A stretch of DNA of 53,812 nt from Anaerolineae bacterium. GTDB taxonomy: Bacteria > Chloroflexota > Anaerolineae > Anaerolineales > UBA11657. The translations under genes were made by a program, and so were the position numbers. Under the pieces are notes generated by a model. The model was not told where the DNA came from and ran no database searches. It saw only the letters and a program-made list of their open reading frames with translations. The stretch lies in NCBI GenBank assembly GCA_963578565.1, contig CAUZCX010000003.1, positions 1-53,812 on the forward strand, read 5' to 3'. Positions within the stretch are counted from its first letter, which is position 1. Each line of letters opens with the position of its first letter. Positions 19,551-29,909 of this stretch are shown piece by piece.

Positions 19551-22293
19551 CGGGAGTCTCAATAAGCGTCACCCAGTCAACTTCTGCCGTTGCGCCGTTC
19601 GACAGCACTACGCTTAGCCGCTCTCCATCTGCGGGGTCGTAAAACCCGGTGGTCACACCAAAGTCATCATTCTCAAAATCCGTAATATCGAACAGTATCT
19701 GTTCGCTTACCACCTCACCCGGCGCCCACCAGGAAGTCGGGTATTGCCAGGCCGCAGGCATTGAATCGAACTGCAACACCACTGCGTCGCCCTGCCACAG
19801 ATGCACAAAATATTTGTAGTCTCGCGAGATATATCCAAGCGCGCGCCAGAAAAGAATTAGCTCCAGATTCGCCTCCTTCTGCGCCAACTCGTATCCCAGG
19901 ATTTCAATCTCTCCACCAAAGGTAGCCCGAACAGCATCTATAGACGTAGGAGCGGCAAACGCGCGGTCGCGAGCAGTAACCTCCAGAGTCGTCACAAATG
20001 GTTCGCCGAATGACTCGCCCTGCTGGCTGACCAGACGCAACTCGAGGCGGTATTCGCTCGGCGCAATATCGGTCGGCACCAGCAGCTCGTATTTTTCGGT
20101 GGTGAAGACACCTTGCGGCCAACCGGACTGAGCCAGATCAGGAACAATATCAGTCACGGTCGAGTAAACCTGAAAATCATTGTCGTCAACCACTCGCCAG
20201 TGCAGCTGCAGTTTTTCTGTCAGATCCTCAGTAGCGTGCCAGGTGGCACTGACGTTGATCGGAGGCCCCGGCTGTATAGGACTGATCACCTCTAAACCAA
20301 TAAGTTCCAGGCCATTTCGCCAGACGGCCGCCGGGGGACTCATGGCGCGAATCTGGATCATCCCTTGACCTCCGCTACTGTTACCAGCGGTGTCTAGCAG
20401 CTCCGCCTGCTCCTCGCCACCGTACATGCCAAAGCGGAGAAAAAGGGCCGCGGTCTCCGGCAAATCATCCGCCAAATCTAGATCAAACTGGCTCGCGTAT
20501 AAGCCTCCGGAACGCCACTGCTCAATAGCCAATCCGGGCCGGTCGGCCTGCGCGTATTTGTTGCCATCAGCATCGATGAGGTGCGTGAAAACTTTGAAAT
20601 CTTGCGGGGCGCCGTCCTCAGCCTGCCATATCATGATGATGCTCCAGCGCTCCCCGGACCGAGGCAGACTTTCTGTATCTGGTCGGAAAAAGCCGTGAAT
20701 GACAACGCCATTGGAGAATCGAAGCGGACGCAGCGCACGCACATCAGGGCTCAAACGCTCAGCCGGGGGCAGCTGCGCCATTCGCGCTCTGCCGGGCATA
20801 ATCTCTCCAGCAGCGAACCAATAATCGCGGTTTTCGTTGTGCGCATCAGCCACCAGCACCGCTCCCTCATCTGGCAGTGGCAAAGCGCGGTCGGCCTGCA
20901 CAAGCGCGGCCTTCAGGCCATGCTCCAGGAAAGCATATTCCCGTAGAAACGCCCAGGTTAGCCCTCCATGTCCGGGCGAAAGCAGCACCATCAATACCTG
21001 GTCCACCTCCCTTGCCCGGTTGACAGCAACATCCATGGCGCTCACCAGATCATGCGACGAAACCGGAGGCGGCGGATGCTCCGTGAAGATGAAATCAATG
21101 ACCTGGTTGGAGACCAGCGTCAACGTCAACAAAAAAGCAAGCCATTTAAGGCTGCGCTTGACCACAGGATCAGGATATTCCCTCTGGTGCTCCCTTTGCC
21201 CAAATGCCGCCTGGCCCGTCACAACCGCTCCTAAAAACGCTCCCTGGATCAGAAAGGCGCTCGGCAGGCTGGGCCACCAGTAATCCACAACCCAGTGAGC
21301 CTGAAAAATCCACGTCACCGCAGGTACGATTATCAGGCCAAGCACCATTATTAGGCCAGGGAGTTCCTTTCGATGCCGGAGTGCCCTGACTAGCAACCAA
21401 ACCGCTCCAGTGATGGTAATACCGGCCTGCACCGGCCGCAGCCAGTTTCTCGGCACTCTCTCCAGGTCGTAAGACAGCCGCAGGATGTGTCCGAGGCCTC
21501 CAAAGCCGATACTATCTTGCACCTCGCCCGTGGAGGGCATGTTTTGGACTGTATGAAGCACATCCACGTGCTGCGAAAATTGATACACGCCTATGCCCCA
21601 TGGCACCAGCGTCACTGCCGCGATGCAGGCGCCTACCACTGTCTGGAGCAGAACAGTACGACGTTGCCCGGGCCGATGATTAATCCAAGAGTGAACAAAG
21701 AGGGCCACAGAGATTGGCGCAAGCGCGAAAGAATGCGGGTGGCACTGCCCTGCCAAGCTGAGCAGCGGAAAATGTGCCAGCCGCGCCCAGCCTCTGTTTT
21801 CATAATAACCTAACAACCCGGTGAAAATGTAGAGCATCACCAGCGGCGCGCCCAACTGGGCGTTGTTTATCACCCGACTAGCAAACACCATGTGGGGATG
21901 CACAGCATATAAGACTGAGCCTAAAATTGCGGCCCACAGGCCGAAATATCGATACAAGACAAGATACAGCACGCCCACTGCAACAGTATTCATCAACCCG
22001 GTAAAAATCTGTGCACCTCTCGGGTCAGGGCTAAAGATATAAGGGATCGCGTAAAGATAGACCGAGAGCGGCGAGTGTACCAACCCCAAAGAGGATGGTG
22101 GGCCCAGTAAGTGGGTCTCGCCATAACGCGCAATTTGGATTGCTTTGATACTTATGTAAGCATCATCACCGCCAAAGAACTCGGTATCGGATTCGTAAAT
22201 GCGCAGGAAGGCAGCCAGCAGCAGAATGGGACAAAGGAAGGCGAGCTGCCTAGCCAAGCTGATTGTTCTCACATCCGACTCGCCCTGTATCAA
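19543..22293 (-). CDS. Large GT-C glycosyltransferase, tandem paralog of 16842-19550
   Basis: LRI..GGDDA, LLGPP..HSP; shares GQCHP, RALPLP, RFSNGV and YPTSWW..GEVVSE motifs with its neighbour. Start TTG 22293 or GTG 22272. Confidence 0.8.
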   Translation of the reverse strand: MIQGESDVRTISLARQLAFLCPILLLAAFLRIYESDTEFFGGDDAYISIKAIQIARYGETHLLGPPSSLGLVHSPLSVYLYAIPYIFSPDPRGAQIFTGLMNTVAVGVLYLVLYRYFGLWAAILGSVLYAVHPHMVFASRVINNAQLGAPLVMLYIFTGLLGYYENRGWARLAHFPLLSLAGQCHPHSFALAPISVALFVHSWINHRPGQRRTVLLQTVVGACIAAVTLVPWGIGVYQFSQHVDVLHTVQNMPSTGEVQDSIGFGGLGHILRLSYDLERVPRNWLRPVQAGITITGAVWLLVRALRHRKELPGLIMVLGLIIVPAVTWIFQAHWVVDYWWPSLPSAFLIQGAFLGAVVTGQAAFGQREHQREYPDPVVKRSLKWLAFLLTLTLVSNQVIDFIFTEHPPPPVSSHDLVSAMDVAVNRAREVDQVLMVLLSPGHGGLTWAFLREYAFLEHGLKAALVQADRALPLPDEGAVLVADAHNENRDYWFAAGEIMPGRARMAQLPPAERLSPDVRALRPLRFSNGVVIHGFFRPDTESLPRSGERWSIIMIWQAEDGAPQDFKVFTHLIDADGNKYAQADRPGLAIEQWRSGGLYASQFDLDLADDLPETAALFLRFGMYGGEEQAELLDTAGNSSGGQGMIQIRAMSPPAAVWRNGLELIGLEVISPIQPGPPINVSATWHATEDLTEKLQLHWRVVDDNDFQVYSTVTDIVPDLAQSGWPQGVFTTEKYELLVPTDIAPSEYRLELRLVSQQGESFGEPFVTTLEVTARDRAFAAPTSIDAVRATFGGEIEILGYELAQKEANLELILFWRALGYISRDYKYFVHLWQGDAVVLQFDSMPAAWQYPTSWWAPGEVVSEQILFDITDFENDDFGVTTGFYDPADGERLSVVLSNGATAEVDWVTLIETPDE

Positions 22294-22324
22294 AGGTCAT
22301 GGATTCCCGCAGGATCTCTGAACT

Positions 22325-23386
22325 CTACACAACCGCTTGTATTATATCCACCAGCCGTAGCGCAAATTGTTGCAACCCGTGGGCCCGCTCCACAGCACGC
22401 CGCAAGGCATTCCCGAACACCCCTCGTTCTTCCTCAGAAATGCTGATCGTGTTGCGCAATTGCTGCGAAAGCGAGGCCGCATCCTCGGCGCCCACAAGCT
22501 GCAAACCGGATGTAGCCCCTGCAAGTGCCGCGAATGCCTTGTTGCGTACCAGCGTCGGTACACCGCACGCCATGCCCTCCAGAACGGCTTTATCCATACC
22601 TCCAGTCGGTGCAAGATTGACGTGCGCGCTAGCACGTTGATATTCGGGCACAACCTCTGCATACGGAATAGGGCCGACCAATTCCACAATTCCCTGCAGC
22701 CCGGCGCGCAAGATGCGTGCTTGTAGTTCCGCTGAATAATTTGGCGGTGCATTGCCCTCGTCACCGCCGACTATTCGCACCCGGAAGCTGCCGCGCCCTA
22801 GGCTCTCAGATAGTAGCGCCGCGGCGTCAATCAATAACTCGTAATTCTTAATCGGCGCGCGCCGTCCAACCGCCAGTACGACCGGCGGTGAAACTCTCGC
22901 GTCCGGTTCCGGTTTGAAACAGTCGGTATCGATCCCGTGCCCAATGACACCTAGCTTCGACGAACTTAAACGGAAGCTTTCCGGAGCGGCCGTCACCACG
23001 CTATCCACCAGCGAGGTCGCCAGACGGAGCTGCCAGCCCACATACCGATGCGTATACCAGAAGACAATCGGCCAGCCCAACAGTTTTGCCAAAGGCGCGA
23101 TTGCGAGCACATACTGCGGGCTAAACTGACAGAACACAGCATCGACCCCATCGCGCAGCCGCCACACTGCCTGAAAAAAACGTACCCATCGCGCGATACG
23201 GCTTCCTCCCCGCTCCTTGCCCAACGAGTACACGCGCACATTTTCCGGCAATGCGGCTTCACCCGCTGCCAGACAAACCAGTTCGATACGCTCCAAATGG
23301 GAGGCCAGTGCTGTGACCCAGCCAACCACATGACCGACCAGTGAGTCGTGGGAGTCAGCTCTGTAGGTGATATAGAGCAATCGCAT
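22325..23386 (-). CDS. Glycosyltransferase family 4
   Basis: GHGID, AVGRRAPIKN, GGMDKAVLEGMACG. Confidence 0.9.
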   Translation of the reverse strand: MRLLYITYRADSHDSLVGHVVGWVTALASHLERIELVCLAAGEAALPENVRVYSLGKERGGSRIARWVRFFQAVWRLRDGVDAVFCQFSPQYVLAIAPLAKLLGWPIVFWYTHRYVGWQLRLATSLVDSVVTAAPESFRLSSSKLGVIGHGIDTDCFKPEPDARVSPPVVLAVGRRAPIKNYELLIDAAALLSESLGRGSFRVRIVGGDEGNAPPNYSAELQARILRAGLQGIVELVGPIPYAEVVPEYQRASAHVNLAPTGGMDKAVLEGMACGVPTLVRNKAFAALAGATSGLQLVGAEDAASLSQQLRNTISISEEERGVFGNALRRAVERAHGLQQFALRLVDIIQAVV

Positions 23387-23438
23387 TCGAAAATTGGTGC
23401 GCGTAACGGGGAACGTGATGCATTAGGGATTCAACTTT

Positions 23439-24560
23439 TCATGTTTCACTTTTCACCAGGTCTTGATAACCCAACGCGTAATCGCGCAGCACGCGCGATT
23501 TCTCGAAGCGCTGCACCGAACGCGGTGCAGCCAGCGCCATTCGGGCGCGCAAGTCCTGGTTAAAGAGGATTTGCTCCATTCGCACCGCAATATCAACCGG
23601 CGACCAATCCACAAGAAATCCGGTCACCCCATCCTGAACAAGCTCTCGCGCCAAGCCCACACGCGTGCTAATTACCGGCACGCCACACGCCAGCGCTTCG
23701 GCCACCACCCGCGGTCCGCCCTCGCTGAAAGAAGTACAAATTAGACAGTGGGAGCGACGGTACAAATCGGCCATCTCACCGGGCTCGGCCACCCAATCGC
23801 GGAACTCAACCCTAGCAGCCGCTCCAAGTGCAGCAGCCCTAGCGCGCAATCGCGCTCTCAACGGGCCAGCGCCGATTATCAACACGCGCAATCCGTCACG
23901 TTTGCGTGCCACGGCCGCAATCCCATCCAAAAACAGAAAGGGCGCTTTGTTCGGCGTCAGGCGGCCGACAAAAATTGCGTCGTATTCAATTAGTGTGCCT
24001 TCTGGCCGAAAGACGTCAAAATCCAGATACAGGCTGTAGAGCAAAAAAAGTTGCTCGGGCGGCACTCCCCAACTAAGCAGCAACGGCCGCAGCTCACTCT
24101 CGTTAGTAATACGAAAGCCGAGCGAGTGGGACATCGCACCACTCACAAACCTGCGTGTCAGCCAAGGTTGCATGCGCTCGCGCAAATTGGCCGCACGCGG
24201 GTAGCCGTCCACATGATGGATTTCGCTGACATGAGGCACACCGCTCGACTGCGAGAGCCAGCGCGCGCCAGTGCCGTGCAAGAAGAAACCATAGTCATGT
24301 GAGACGATTAAATCATAACGCTCTCTTGCCACCAGCGCGCGTCCTCTCTTCCATACAAAAAAAGGCTGCATCATCTTGCCCCAAGGCGATGGGTAGAAAG
24401 TAACGTTATCAAAACAATTGTGGCGCGCAACACCCGGAATGCGGTGAGTGAGAATATCGATTCTGTCCCAGTAGTTCGAGAACTCGCTCAGTGTGTTGTG
24501 GAAGGCGCGATGCTCACCGCGAACAACCGATGTGTCGCCACCTAGCATGAGCAAGTTCAC
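23439..24560 (-). CDS. Glycosyltransferase family 4
   Basis: FVGRLTPNK, SFSEGGPRVVAEALACGVPVI. Confidence 0.9.
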   Translation of the reverse strand: MNLLMLGGDTSVVRGEHRAFHNTLSEFSNYWDRIDILTHRIPGVARHNCFDNVTFYPSPWGKMMQPFFVWKRGRALVARERYDLIVSHDYGFFLHGTGARWLSQSSGVPHVSEIHHVDGYPRAANLRERMQPWLTRRFVSGAMSHSLGFRITNESELRPLLLSWGVPPEQLFLLYSLYLDFDVFRPEGTLIEYDAIFVGRLTPNKAPFLFLDGIAAVARKRDGLRVLIIGAGPLRARLRARAAALGAAARVEFRDWVAEPGEMADLYRRSHCLICTSFSEGGPRVVAEALACGVPVISTRVGLARELVQDGVTGFLVDWSPVDIAVRMEQILFNQDLRARMALAAPRSVQRFEKSRVLRDYALGYQDLVKSET

Positions 24561-25723
24561 GCCGCCACCTCCAGTAGTAACGCTTCTGTATCAGCAAGCA
24601 ACCGGCCCCATGAAAAGCGTCTCAATTCATCATGCGCACAGTCAGCCAGAGAACGAGCAAACTCCGGTTCCTGCAACACTCTGCAGATGGCCGCAACCAG
24701 CGCTTCTTCATCATAGGGCGGCACAAGCAAGCCGGAGCACTCATCTGTGACCACCTCCACAGTACCGCCGACGGCTGAGGCCACCACTGGAGTGCGGCAA
24801 GCCATAGATTCCAGCACTGTGTGCGGCAATCCCTCGTAGGTGGAAAAAAGGACAAACACGTCCGCCGCGCGCATCAGCTGATAGACGCGCTGCTGCGACT
24901 GCGTCCCGAGGAATTGCACCGCATCGTTACAATGTGCGGCAAGCGCCTGCAGCTCGGCACGCTCCGGCCCATCACCGACAATGAGCAGCCGAGCATTTGA
25001 GAAACGACGCTGCACGCGTGGCAACGCGCGGATAATCCCGGAGATTCCTTTCCATGGTGTCAGTCTAGCCACCGTAAGTAGCAGCGGGGCCGCGGCCGGC
25101 AGACCGCATTGCGTCCGCGCGGCAGCCTTTTCCGGAAGATAGGCAAACTGCCGCTCGTCCAGAGCATTGTGAATCACCCGTGTGCGCTCAATGGAGACAT
25201 CCCAGCCAGCGACCAGTGTTTCAATGTATCCGCTGGGAACTATCACTACATTAGCCAAGCGCACGTACCATGCACGCAGCCGCTGCAGCAGACGCACATG
25301 CAACCTGTGACGCCGCCGCTGAAACTCGTCTATGGTCTGGTCGGCTGGCAGCCAACCATTGCGGATGGCGAATTCCCAAGCGAAATCGCTCACGTTTTTC
25401 AGCACCAGCGGCTTACGCAAGAGCAAATTTGCCAAGGCCGCCGGCAAGCCATAATCGCTGACGAAAAGCAGGTCAGCTGCCCGCCCGTCCCGCAAAACAC
25501 GCCGCGTGAACAGGAGTAGTCGGAAAGGAATCGGCCATAGGCGGGAGATACGATATACGGGATAGGAGAAGCTGCTGTCAGGGCCACTGCGGCTAGCATC
25601 AGTATGAGTGACTACGGTGACGTGATGACCTCGTTCTATTAGCGCGGGGATCAGTCTGTGCAGATAAGTGGAGGGGCCGCCGACCTCGGGATGAAAAGAG
25701 CCAGCAACCACGCAAAGACGCAT
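24557..25723 (-). CDS. Glycosyltransferase family 4
   Basis: FHPEVGGP, VARLTPWKG, STYEGLPHTVLESMAC. Confidence 0.92.
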   Translation of the reverse strand: MRLCVVAGSFHPEVGGPSTYLHRLIPALIERGHHVTVVTHTDASRSGPDSSFSYPVYRISRLWPIPFRLLLFTRRVLRDGRAADLLFVSDYGLPAALANLLLRKPLVLKNVSDFAWEFAIRNGWLPADQTIDEFQRRRHRLHVRLLQRLRAWYVRLANVVIVPSGYIETLVAGWDVSIERTRVIHNALDERQFAYLPEKAAARTQCGLPAAAPLLLTVARLTPWKGISGIIRALPRVQRRFSNARLLIVGDGPERAELQALAAHCNDAVQFLGTQSQQRVYQLMRAADVFVLFSTYEGLPHTVLESMACRTPVVASAVGGTVEVVTDECSGLLVPPYDEEALVAAICRVLQEPEFARSLADCAHDELRRFSWGRLLADTEALLLEVAA

Positions 25724-25738
25724 CTGTGATTCGGCTCT

Positions 25739-27049
25739 CTATAGCGTCACTACCCTGGCGCGGCCCCGCAGGTTAGCTGTAGCGTTGCGCGTATCTACCA
25801 CCAGTTGCGCGTTGTCGATAATCTCGGCCCAATCATAAACACTATGGTCAGTCACAATCAGTACACAGTCAGCGGCCCTGAACATTGCCGTTTCGTACTC
25901 GACCGCGCACATCTCGACACCATCAAACTGTAACTCAGCAACATAGGGATCGTGGTAAGACACAACTGCACCCTGCTGCTGCAGTAATTGAATAATGTCC
26001 AGCGCCGGAGATTCGCGTACATCGTCGACGTCCGGTTTGTAGGCAACCCCCAATATCAACACCTTCGACCCGCGCACCGGCGTGCTATCTTCGTTCAGCG
26101 CCTCGGCTACCTTGGTGACTACATAGCGAGGCATATTCGTGTTGATCTCATCGGCCAGCTCGATGAAGCGCGCATTGAAATTTAGCGATTTCAGTTTCCA
26201 GGAAAGGTAGAGCGGATCAATAGGGATACAATGCCCGCCTAGGCCTGGCCCCGGATAAAATGGCATGTATCCAAATGGTTTGGTCTTCGCCGCGGCAATA
26301 ACCTCCCACACATCCACCCCAAGCTTGTCACACATGATTGTGATTTCGTTAATCAGCCCGATGTTCACCGCCCGGAAAGTGTTTTCCAGCAGCTTAACCA
26401 TTTCGGCCGCCTGAGTCGATGATACAGGCACCATATGCTCAACCACCGTGGAGTACAGGGCCATGGCCACCTCAGTGCAAGACGGCGTCACTCCACCGAT
26501 CACCTTCGGGGTGTTACGCACGCCATACGTCGGGTTTGCGGGGTCAATACGCTCCGGGGAAAAAGCAACGAAGACATCCTTTCCAGCAGTGAAACCGTTG
26601 CTCAACATACGCGGCAGCACCACCTCGGTGGTAGTACCGGGATAGGTTGTGCTCTCCAACACTATCAACATACCGGGCCGCAGATGCTCACCGATTTGAT
26701 CTGCCGCGCTAACGACATAGGACATGTCTGGATCCCGCGTTTTGCGCAACGGAGTGGGCACACAGATGCTAATAGTATCTAGCTCCGCTATGGCCTCATG
26801 ATTCTGGCTGACTGTCAGTCGTCCACTAGAGACCAAACCCCCGATGACATCAGCGGGCACATCCGGAATGTAGCTATCCCCGGCCGTCAGGGACGCCACC
26901 TTGCACGCATCGGTATCGATACCCAGCACCGAGAAACCTGCGTTCGCGAACTCCACGGCCAGTGGCAGACCAACATAACCGAGCCCAACCACACCAACGC
27001 GGGCACTGCCCTGGTTTATTTTTTTTATCAGTGTTGCTTTTACAGTCAC
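25739..27049 (-). CDS. Nucleotide-sugar 6-dehydrogenase (UDP-GlcNAc dehydrogenase, WbpA/TviB-like)
   Basis: GLGYVGLP, CVPTP, ESTTYPGTT, SPERIDP, KLLENTFR, GPGLGGHCIPIDP. Confidence 0.92.
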   Translation of the reverse strand: MTVKATLIKKINQGSARVGVVGLGYVGLPLAVEFANAGFSVLGIDTDACKVASLTAGDSYIPDVPADVIGGLVSSGRLTVSQNHEAIAELDTISICVPTPLRKTRDPDMSYVVSAADQIGEHLRPGMLIVLESTTYPGTTTEVVLPRMLSNGFTAGKDVFVAFSPERIDPANPTYGVRNTPKVIGGVTPSCTEVAMALYSTVVEHMVPVSSTQAAEMVKLLENTFRAVNIGLINEITIMCDKLGVDVWEVIAAAKTKPFGYMPFYPGPGLGGHCIPIDPLYLSWKLKSLNFNARFIELADEINTNMPRYVVTKVAEALNEDSTPVRGSKVLILGVAYKPDVDDVRESPALDIIQLLQQQGAVVSYHDPYVAELQFDGVEMCAVEYETAMFRAADCVLIVTDHSVYDWAEIIDNAQLVVDTRNATANLRGRARVVTL

Positions 27050-27070
27050 CTGACCGGCCCCGGCGGGCGC

Positions 27071-28087
27071 TCAGCCCACCACTATTCTCTCGCTCACCGG
27101 GCGTTCTGAGATCGAGTCGCCCGGGCCTTCCTGCTTGAATTGCGTGATGATGTCGTCGATTGAGCGCTCCAGCGGGATACGTGGCTCCCAGCCCAACAAC
27201 TCACGAATACGGCTGATATCAGGAACGCGTCGTCGCATATCTTCAAAACCATGTTCGGTGGCCTGCTCATATGGCACCAATATTATGGCAGATTGGCTGC
27301 CGGTCATCTCTTTTACCTTGCGTGCCAAATCGAGAATAGTGATCTCCGCCTGCTTACCAACATTGAACACACAACCCTCGGCCCGAGGCTCAGCAGCCAG
27401 TTCTATTATCGCTGGCACCACATCGCGCACATCGCAAAAACAGCGAGCCTGCTGCCCATCGCCGTAAACCGTGATATCCGCACCTGAGAGAGCCTGCCGC
27501 ACAAAACGCGGCACCACCATTCCATAGCGCCCACGCTGACGCGGACCGATGGTGTTAAACAACCTGAAAACTACTACCGGCAGGTCCATCTCTTTGTGAT
27601 AAGCAAGCGCCAAAAATTCGTCCAGCGCTTTCGAGGTAGCATAAGCCCAGCGGTGATGAGTAGTGGCGCCAATCAAGCTATCATCATCTTCACTAAACGG
27701 CACACTGTTTAGTTTGCCATAAATTTCGGATGTAGAGGCTAGGAGGGTCTTTTTGCGATAGCGGCGGGCATTACGTAGCACAGTCTCTGTACCCAACACG
27801 TTGGTTTCTATGGTGCGTACCGGGGAACGCACAATCAGCTCCACGCCAACTGCCGCAGCCAGATGCACAATCAAATCGCACTCGCTCACCAGCCGGTCCA
27901 TCACCATAGAATTGGTGATGGACTCAACCACCAGATGGAAGTTACAGTCCTCCACCAATGTCCGCACATTAAGCATGCGCCCGGTGGAAAGATCGTCAAT
28001 GGCGGTGACCTGGTGGCCAGCACCCACTAACACCTCTGCTAGGTAACTGCCTATGAATCCGGCTCCGCCCGTAATGAGATATCGCAT
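27071..28087 (-). CDS. NAD-dependent nucleotide-sugar epimerase/dehydratase (extended SDR, UDP-glucuronate decarboxylase-like)
   Basis: ITGGAGFIGS, HLAAAVGV, ASTSEIYG, YATSK, RLFNTIGPRQ; start ATG 28087. Confidence 0.9.
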   Translation of the reverse strand: MRYLITGGAGFIGSYLAEVLVGAGHQVTAIDDLSTGRMLNVRTLVEDCNFHLVVESITNSMVMDRLVSECDLIVHLAAAVGVELIVRSPVRTIETNVLGTETVLRNARRYRKKTLLASTSEIYGKLNSVPFSEDDDSLIGATTHHRWAYATSKALDEFLALAYHKEMDLPVVVFRLFNTIGPRQRGRYGMVVPRFVRQALSGADITVYGDGQQARCFCDVRDVVPAIIELAAEPRAEGCVFNVGKQAEITILDLARKVKEMTGSQSAIILVPYEQATEHGFEDMRRRVPDISRIRELLGWEPRIPLERSIDDIITQFKQEGPGDSISERPVSERIVVG

Positions 28088-28199
28088 CTGAAATCGCTCC
28101 CTACGCACACTCAACCAAAAAAACGGATCCTATCCCTCTAGTGCTAACCCCATTTTTTAGGCTAATGTTATGGTAGGGACCTTATTGTCTCGAACGATG

Positions 28200-28228
28200 A
28201 TTATAACTTCACGCAGGCACCTTGTCTA
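28200..28228 (-). promoter_or_regulatory. Sigma70-type promoter for the minus-strand glycan operon
   Basis: TAGACA-N17-TATAAT on the minus strand, in the gap between udg and the epimerase gene. Confidence 0.6.
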
Positions 28229-28244
28229 CCGAACCCAGTCTCCC

Positions 28245-28862
28245 TCACAGTAGACTCAATTGCTCCGGCGGTTGCTCAGCAGCGGCTTCAGAACCGCCCT
28301 CAGCCTGCAGCTGCGCGATAAAGCCGGGTATCTGTTGAAAATCCTGGTGCAGCATCGGACGGTATTTCGGCTGGTGCAGCGCGGCCGCGGGATGGAACAT
28401 CGGCACCACCACACGTGCGCCGACGCGCTTCGGTTGCCCATGGATGTCGCTAATCCGTACACCGGGAAACCAGCGCGCCATCGAGAAGCGTCCCAAGGTG
28501 ACTATCACGCGCGGGTCAATCAGTTGAATTTGCCGATCGAGGTACGCTCGGCAGGCATCAATCTCATCCGGCTGTGGGTCGCGATTGCCCGGCGGCCTGC
28601 ACTTAACCACATTGGTGATGTACACATCATCTCGGTTTAACCCGATGCCAGCGAGGAGATCGTCAAGAAACTTTCCGGCCGCACCGACAAAGGGAAGCCC
28701 CTGTTCATTTTCGTGGTATCCCGGCCCCTCGCCAATTAGCATGATTTCTGCATCCGGACGGCCAACGCCCGGAACGGCGTTTTTTCGCGTGTCGGCCAGT
28801 GGGCACAGATAGCATGTACGCACCCGGTTTTCAATCTCCGCGAGCGTATCAGGTATAATCAT
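28245..28862 (-). CDS. Uracil-DNA glycosylase family 4 (4Fe-4S)
   Basis: CYLCPL, IGEGPG, PFVGAAG, NVVKCRPPGNRDP, HPAAALH. Confidence 0.93.
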   Translation of the reverse strand: MIIPDTLAEIENRVRTCYLCPLADTRKNAVPGVGRPDAEIMLIGEGPGYHENEQGLPFVGAAGKFLDDLLAGIGLNRDDVYITNVVKCRPPGNRDPQPDEIDACRAYLDRQIQLIDPRVIVTLGRFSMARWFPGVRISDIHGQPKRVGARVVVPMFHPAAALHQPKYRPMLHQDFQQIPGFIAQLQAEGGSEAAAEQPPEQLSLL

Positions 28863-29902
28863 CGCAATCCATCAGATTGTTCCGCCGCAAACAGGACCCC
28901 ATTCTCGTTCACCCAATTCCATAAACGCCGTAATCCGATCCTCGGATCCACAGTCGGCTGCCATCCGAGCCGCTTCACGGCGCGGATATCGCTTATGTAC
29001 ACCTTCTGATCTCCCGGACGCCAGTCATAATAATTGGCCTCTACCGCCCTGCCCGCCAGCTCGCTCAGCAGAGGCTGCACCTCCTGCCAGATGGCAAGCG
29101 TGAATTCCGGACCGCCGCCGATGTTAAACACCTTACCCGTCACCTTGTCTGGGTACTGTAAAGCTAGGTCAAAGGCAGCCAGTAGATCCTCTACCCAGAG
29201 CAAATCACGCACCTGCTTACCATCACCATAGATTCTTATCTGCCGCCCCTGCACCGTGGCGATAACGAAATGAGCCAGCCAGCCCTGATCTTCTATTCCA
29301 AACTGACGCGGCCCATATACGCATGATTGGCGGAAGACGACAGTCGGCAGCCCGTAAATTCGGGCGTAATCGCGCACATACTGATCACCAGCGCCCTTAG
29401 AACAGCCGTAAGGAGAATGGAAGTCCAACGGCTGCGTTTCCGGCAAGCCCATTGGCAGGTCTGCGTATTCCCAGCGTTTATCCGTCTCCACCACGTGCAC
29501 CTGCTCGATGTCACCATAAACTTTGTTCGTCGAGGCGTAGACTACCAACGGTTGACAGTCGGAAAGGCGTGCTGCCTCCAGCACATTGAAAGTGCCCAGC
29601 ACATTTATTTCAAAATCCTCGCGCGGGTCAGTCACCGAGGAAGTTACAGCAACTTGAGCGGCCAAATGAACGACCGCATCCTGCCCACCCACCGCCTTCA
29701 GCAGCGCATCGGCATCGCGCACATCAGCGCGCACGAATTCGAAACCTCCCTCGAAACATTCCTGAAGCCAGTTCAGATTGCTGTCCGCCCCTCGCCTTGA
29801 GAGGTTGTCAAAAAGGGTGACATCGTGTCCGGCATGCAGCAAATGAGCAGCATAATTGCAGCCAATGAAACCGGCACCGCCCGTGATAAGCACTTTCGTC
29901 AT
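28859..29902 (-). CDS. rfbE: CDP-paratose 2-epimerase-like SDR
   Basis: ITGGAGFIG, HLAAQVAVTSS, STNKVYG, FHSPYGCSKGAGDQY, FRQSCVYGPRQFGIEDQGW, WRPGDQ; start ATG 29902. Confidence 0.82.
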   Translation of the reverse strand: MTKVLITGGAGFIGCNYAAHLLHAGHDVTLFDNLSRRGADSNLNWLQECFEGGFEFVRADVRDADALLKAVGGQDAVVHLAAQVAVTSSVTDPREDFEINVLGTFNVLEAARLSDCQPLVVYASTNKVYGDIEQVHVVETDKRWEYADLPMGLPETQPLDFHSPYGCSKGAGDQYVRDYARIYGLPTVVFRQSCVYGPRQFGIEDQGWLAHFVIATVQGRQIRIYGDGKQVRDLLWVEDLLAAFDLALQYPDKVTGKVFNIGGGPEFTLAIWQEVQPLLSELAGRAVEANYYDWRPGDQKVYISDIRAVKRLGWQPTVDPRIGLRRLWNWVNENGVLFAAEQSDGLR

Positions 29903-29909
29903 TTCAGAA

